In this document: positions 16,520-20,000 of the stretch, piece after piece
Layout of the letters: the number at the start of each line of letters is the position of its first letter
Numbering within the stretch: position 1 is the stretch's first letter
IMG/VR virus record: IMGVR_UViG_3300027763_002034
Span: 51,515 to 71,514 of that record
Strand: one strand, 5' to 3'
Length of the DNA stretch: 20,000 bases
Source of the DNA: an uncultured virus (IMG/VR IMGVR_UViG_3300027763_002034)
Taxonomy: Duplodnaviria; Heunggongvirae; Uroviricota; Caudoviricetes
Made by a program: the position numbers and the translations under genes
Notes under the pieces: model-generated
The model's input: the letters and a program-made list of their open reading frames with translations, nothing else
What the model was told of the DNA's origin: nothing
Database searches by the model: none

Positions 16520-17132
16520 AGACACTAAAATATACGGTTCATTTTCTAATAATCCAGGTAATAATGGGTGCGAATTTTTTAATAAAGGATTTAAAAAACA
16601 TAAAATTGATGCAATTTATAAATCTTTCTATTCAATAGATATAAAAAAAACAATTGGGTCAGTTAAACATCTTGGTTTTTCGGGGTTTGCATTAAGTATG
16701 CCATTAAAAATGGAAGTTGTACCATATCTCGATGTTCTTTCAGAATCGGTTAAATCTATTGGTGCTGCAAATACTGTATTATTAAAAGATGATTTATTAT
16801 GGGGTTATAATACCGATTACATCGGTGTTTATGAATATTTTAAAAATAAGGATTTAAAATTTGTAAGTATAATTGGTGATGGTGGATTTAGTAAATCAAT
16901 ACAATTTACTTTTGATATGTTAAAAATTGGTTATGTTATATATAGAAGAAATGACGTAGATAGTATTGATGAGGTTGAAAATCAATATTTTATAAACGCA
17001 ACACCAATAGAAATCACATCTAAAAAAAATATAATAATTGACGGAAGACCATTTACTGAAACAGGAAAAGAAATATTCAAATATCAAGCATTAGAGCAAT
17101 TTAAATTATACACTGGAAAAGATTATGAGTAG
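16509..17132 (+). CDS. Shikimate dehydrogenase (AroE)-like oxidoreductase, shortened
   Basis: SMPLK, IGAANT, YNTDY, IIGDGGFS, INATP and QALEQF motifs; 207 aa. Confidence 0.8.
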   Translation: MINKDTKIYGSFSNNPGNNGCEFFNKGFKKHKIDAIYKSFYSIDIKKTIGSVKHLGFSGFALSMPLKMEVVPYLDVLSESVKSIGAANTVLLKDDLLWGYNTDYIGVYEYFKNKDLKFVSIIGDGGFSKSIQFTFDMLKIGYVIYRRNDVDSIDEVENQYFINATPIEITSKKNIIIDGRPFTETGKEIFKYQALEQFKLYTGKDYE

Positions 17133-18087
17133 AGTTAGATATTTTATATGTCCAATGTCTAAAAACATTGTTGATAGTGTCATTGAAATGGATTCACCTT
17201 TATTAGGTTTATTACCAAGCTTAAGACAAATTGATTACAACGGTGGGTATGTTAATGAATGGAATACTGAAACGTTTTATCAATATGTAAGGAAGAAATC
17301 AGGTATTATTATTGAGAGAGATCATAGTGGAATTGGTCAAAGTGATAACAATTTGTATGAATCATTTAATGCCGATTCCAAATATACCAACATCATTCAC
17401 ATTGACCCATGGAAACACTACCCATTTTTTGAAGATGGGTTTAAGGAAACAGTTAATAGCATCAACTATATTCATAATTTAAATCCAAATATGAAATATG
17501 AAATTGGTACGGAAGAGGCGTTAAGACCTTTTAATGTAAAAGAGTTAGTTGAACTTATAAATGAATTAAAGATTGAATTAACTCCAGTGCAATTTAAAAA
17601 CATAGAATATATTTGTATTCAATCGGGAGTCGGTTTAGATTTAGTTAATAGAAAAAACACGGGAACATTTAATCTTGAAAAATTAAGATTAATGAACGAA
17701 GTTTGTAAAAAATTTGGTAAGAGGTCTAAAGAACATAATGGTGATTACCTTAGTAAAGAAGAAATTGAAATCAGATTCGATAATGGGTTGGATTCATTAA
17801 ACATTGGGCCCGAATTTGCACAGATAGAAACACAGATTTTTTTAGATTTAATGACCGATTCAGAAATTGACGATTTCTATAATGTTTGTTTAGAGTCAGG
17901 TAAATGGAAAAAATGGGTAAACAATGATTTTGATATTACAAATAAAGAAAATTTAATATCGATTTGTGGTCATTATAACTATGGCAAATTAAAAATCAAT
18001 TCCATATATTTGGATATTGAACATATTGATAATTACATAAAAAGTGAATTAAAGAAAAAATTAAAACAACTACTAAGTTATGTCTAA
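17125..18087 (+). CDS. GatZ/KbaZ-like TIM-barrel sugar-phosphate aldolase/epimerase
   Basis: RQIDYNGGY, ERDHSG, IHIDP, YEIGTEE, KEHNGDY and NIGPEF motifs. Confidence 0.7.
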   Translation: MSRVRYFICPMSKNIVDSVIEMDSPLLGLLPSLRQIDYNGGYVNEWNTETFYQYVRKKSGIIIERDHSGIGQSDNNLYESFNADSKYTNIIHIDPWKHYPFFEDGFKETVNSINYIHNLNPNMKYEIGTEEALRPFNVKELVELINELKIELTPVQFKNIEYICIQSGVGLDLVNRKNTGTFNLEKLRLMNEVCKKFGKRSKEHNGDYLSKEEIEIRFDNGLDSLNIGPEFAQIETQIFLDLMTDSEIDDFYNVCLESGKWKKWVNNDFDITNKENLISICGHYNYGKLKINSIYLDIEHIDNYIKSELKKKLKQLLSYV

Positions 18088-18436
18088 AATATATGCATTT
18101 GATTTAGATGATACTTTATGTTATAGAGATAAAAATGTCGAACATTTAGGTCCCGACAAGTATAACCATTGTCATCCAATTAATGAGATGATAGATAAAG
18201 TAAATAAACTTTATGATGATGGGAATACTATTTATATATATACCGCTAGAGGTATGGGGCAATTTAATGGGGATTTAGTTAAAGTTTATAACTCATTATA
18301 TGTCATCACTTTAGATAGCTTAAAAAAATGGGGTATTAAACATCATGGTCTTGTTATGGGTAAGTTACATTATGATTATTTAATAGACGATAAGGCTTTA
18401 TCGATAACGGATTTTACAAATAATTTGTATTTGTGA
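18080..18436 (+). CDS. Small HAD-superfamily phosphatase (capsule-biosynthesis phosphatase-like)
   Basis: FDLDDTL, YTARG, MGK and IDDK motifs I-IV; 118 aa with no cap domain. Confidence 0.85.
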   Translation: MSKIYAFDLDDTLCYRDKNVEHLGPDKYNHCHPINEMIDKVNKLYDDGNTIYIYTARGMGQFNGDLVKVYNSLYVITLDSLKKWGIKHHGLVMGKLHYDYLIDDKALSITDFTNNLYL

Positions 18437-18455
18437 TATTTTTATTGTATTTTTG
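18424..18455 (+). promoter_or_regulatory. Bacteroidota -33/-7 promoter
   Basis: TTTG (18424-18427), 20-nt spacer, TATTTTTG (18448-18455), upstream of the 18471 ATG. Confidence 0.6.
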
Positions 18456-18470
18456 TAAAAATCAGAAATT

Positions 18471-18701
18471 ATGTTAGTTGGATATTATGTTATTTGTGTG
18501 ATTTATTGTTTCTACCAATTGTTTAAAAATTTAAATCATAGGTATAGTAATGACCCTACAGGTGGTTCACCAGAACTAGATTCTATAATGGTTTTAGTAA
18601 TGGCTTGGGTGTTGGCCCCCATTGACGTTTCATTAACTTGGATTCGTTGGTATAAAGAAGCTGAGGAAGTAAGAATTAGACAAAATAAAAGAGTTTTATA
18701 A
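18471..18701 (+). CDS. Small two-TM membrane protein
   Basis: 76 aa; two hydrophobic segments and a basic C-terminus; has its own promoter. Confidence 0.7.
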   Translation: MLVGYYVICVIYCFYQLFKNLNHRYSNDPTGGSPELDSIMVLVMAWVLAPIDVSLTWIRWYKEAEEVRIRQNKRVL

Positions 18702-18703
18702 GA

Positions 18704-18815
18704 TATGGGTCTACGATGGAAGACCGCAAGGAGAATAGATGTTTTTCATCCATCGAATGTCAATAGTGCTGACTGATACGGAGAGACAAGACAGAAGTGA
18801 AGGAACTGTCCCTAT
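18704..18815 (+). ncRNA. Putative short structured intergenic RNA
   Basis: CGATGGA/TCCATCG encloses a CC-GCAA-GG GNRA hairpin; GTCA/TGAC and GACAG/CTGTC stems follow. Confidence 0.4.
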
Positions 18816-18865
18816 TGATTATTTTGTTTTACAAATTTAAATGTGTATATTATATTAATTAAAAC

Positions 18866-19081
18866 ATGGAGGAAACTATGAAGTGCTTAAAAAATACAAA
18901 AACAGGAAACATCATCAGAGTATCTGATACACAAGCTAACCAAATGGCAGGAAACCAATGGAAGTATGTACCTAAAACAGAGTGGAAAGGTTCACCAAAA
19001 GAAGAAACTGTAAGTGAATCAACAGAAGTTGTTACTTCTAACAAATCAAAAGAAAAAAAATCTAAAAAAGTTTCAAAATAA
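18866..19081 (+). CDS. Small basic hypothetical protein
   Basis: 71 aa (alternative start at 18878); KTGNIIRVSD...WKYVPKTEWK core with a Lys-rich tail. Confidence 0.75.
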   Translation: MEETMKCLKNTKTGNIIRVSDTQANQMAGNQWKYVPKTEWKGSPKEETVSESTEVVTSNKSKEKKSKKVSK

Positions 19082-19113
19082 TTTGGAATATTAGAAAACA
19101 TTTCTTATCTTTG
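19082..19113 (+). promoter_or_regulatory. Consensus Bacteroidota -33/-7 promoter upstream of the large ncRNA
   Basis: TTTG (19082-19085), 20-nt spacer, TATCTTTG (19106-19113). No plus-strand ORF follows. Confidence 0.75.
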
Positions 19114-19144
19114 TAAAAGAAGGGTAAATAACCCAAAAGATAAA

Positions 19145-19153
19145 GTTCTTTGA
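19145..19153 (+). promoter_or_regulatory. boxA-like antitermination motif
   Basis: GTTCTTTGA about 30 nt downstream of the promoter, resembling rRNA-leader boxA. Confidence 0.4.
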
Positions 19154-19160
19154 ATAAAAA

Positions 19161-19976
19161 TATTGGCCGTCTATAGTCAATAAAATAAACCATGAAAGTG
19201 GGATAAAGTGACAAACCCTTGGTTGGGGCAAGTTGCGGATTCAGTAATGGATCTCGAGTAGACAAGTGGAATATCGTTTGACCTGAAGTAGTGAGGGTAA
19301 CTCCGTAGCGAAATGGTTAGATGACCAAGCAATCCGAGTTGTTTGGTTGAGGTGGGAACACCAATAAGAATAATCCATAGAATAAATGTGAGAAGTATAG
19401 TTATCCAATTATACAATTGCGTAATTCAATACAATGGTGGTCTTAAAACCGTAGCGTCGTAAGATGGAAGGTATGACAAAAAACAGGTGGTGCTGTTAGT
19501 GTCCTTGACTAAATCCTACCAAGGGTTTAATCTCGAAGGAAACCAAAAATATGGAGGTGGGGACACTTCAGAAAGTAGTTTAGTATCGAGTTGTTCAAAA
19601 GATAACTTGGCTAGGTGACGAACCACTACTTTCCCAATTCGGAAAACTAAATTTTTATTTTGGTATAAAAATCATACATAAAAAGAAAAAGTGTTCGTCA
19701 GTCATTGGAGACAGGTGACTACTTAGTCGTGAGAGGTTCACGGCCATAAAGGGACTCAATCCCAATATGATTTTTAAGAAAGTTCTCTAAACCCGCAAGG
19801 TTGAAACAGGTCGGCAGATTTGTTGAGTAATAAGTAATAAAAGAGTATCTGATGACTTTAGGATTGGTTAATCTAATTGACCGTCATTGATCGGTACGAA
19901 TCAAAAGTTCGTGGAAAAGGAAAGAAACAAATAATGTTCCTAAGTCGGTTGTTAAAACTTGTATTCTCAGAGTTTT
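19161..19976 (+). ncRNA. Giant structured non-coding RNA, GOLLD/ROOL-like (size closer to GOLLD)
   Basis: Over 800 nt with no plus-strand ORF, dense G-U-containing helices, GNRA loops (GGAA, GTAA, GGGA, GCAA), long-range GAAAGTAGT/ACTACTTTC and a terminal AAAACT/AGTTTT hairpin. Family not verified. Confidence 0.65.
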
Positions 19977-20000
19977 ATTTTCTTTGTTTAGAAAAACAAA

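Noticed and set aside
13720..19101. Minus-strand ORFs at 13720, 14412, 14824, 15556, 16324 and 18859
   Set aside because: Antisense shadows of well-supported plus-strand genes.
19062..19416. Minus-strand ORFs 19062..19265 and 19177..19416
   Set aside because: Antisense to a promoter-driven structured region, with no recognisable protein features.
19161..19976. rRNA fragment, group I/II intron, RNase P RNA or tmRNA
   Set aside because: No recognisable universal rRNA motifs, no interrupted host gene or domain V, no GAGGAAAGTCC, and no tRNA-like ends.
1..20000. CRISPR array, DGR template/variable repeat, IS element or integrase
   Set aside because: No regularly spaced repeats, no adenine-variant repeat pair, and no reverse transcriptase, transposase or integrase ORF seen.

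Overview
AT-rich window that most likely comes from a large (jumbo-type) phage of a Bacteroidota host. This is inferred from Bacteroidota-type -33/-7 promoters (TTTG-N20-TAnnTTTG), A-rich leaders without Shine-Dalgarno sites, a tRNA array and many small orphan genes; no capsid, terminase or polymerase gene is in the window. Four blocks are visible. (1) 1-8981, minus strand: a run of envelope and secreted genes, including two large cohesin/dockerin-like proteins (one with C-type lectin and LCCL domains), a probable outer-membrane beta-barrel, two lipoproteins made of a T9SS-CTD-like domain, and holin-like membrane proteins. (2) 9168-10112: five tRNAs, several structurally atypical, separated by structured spacers. 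(3) 10120-18436: a very AT-rich, tightly coupled glycan/polyol-phosphate modification cluster. (4) 18471-20000: two small ORFs, a short structured element, and an ~830-nt promoter-driven, highly structured non-coding region resembling GOLLD/ROOL giant RNAs. All family assignments come from reading motifs by eye; no database search was run.
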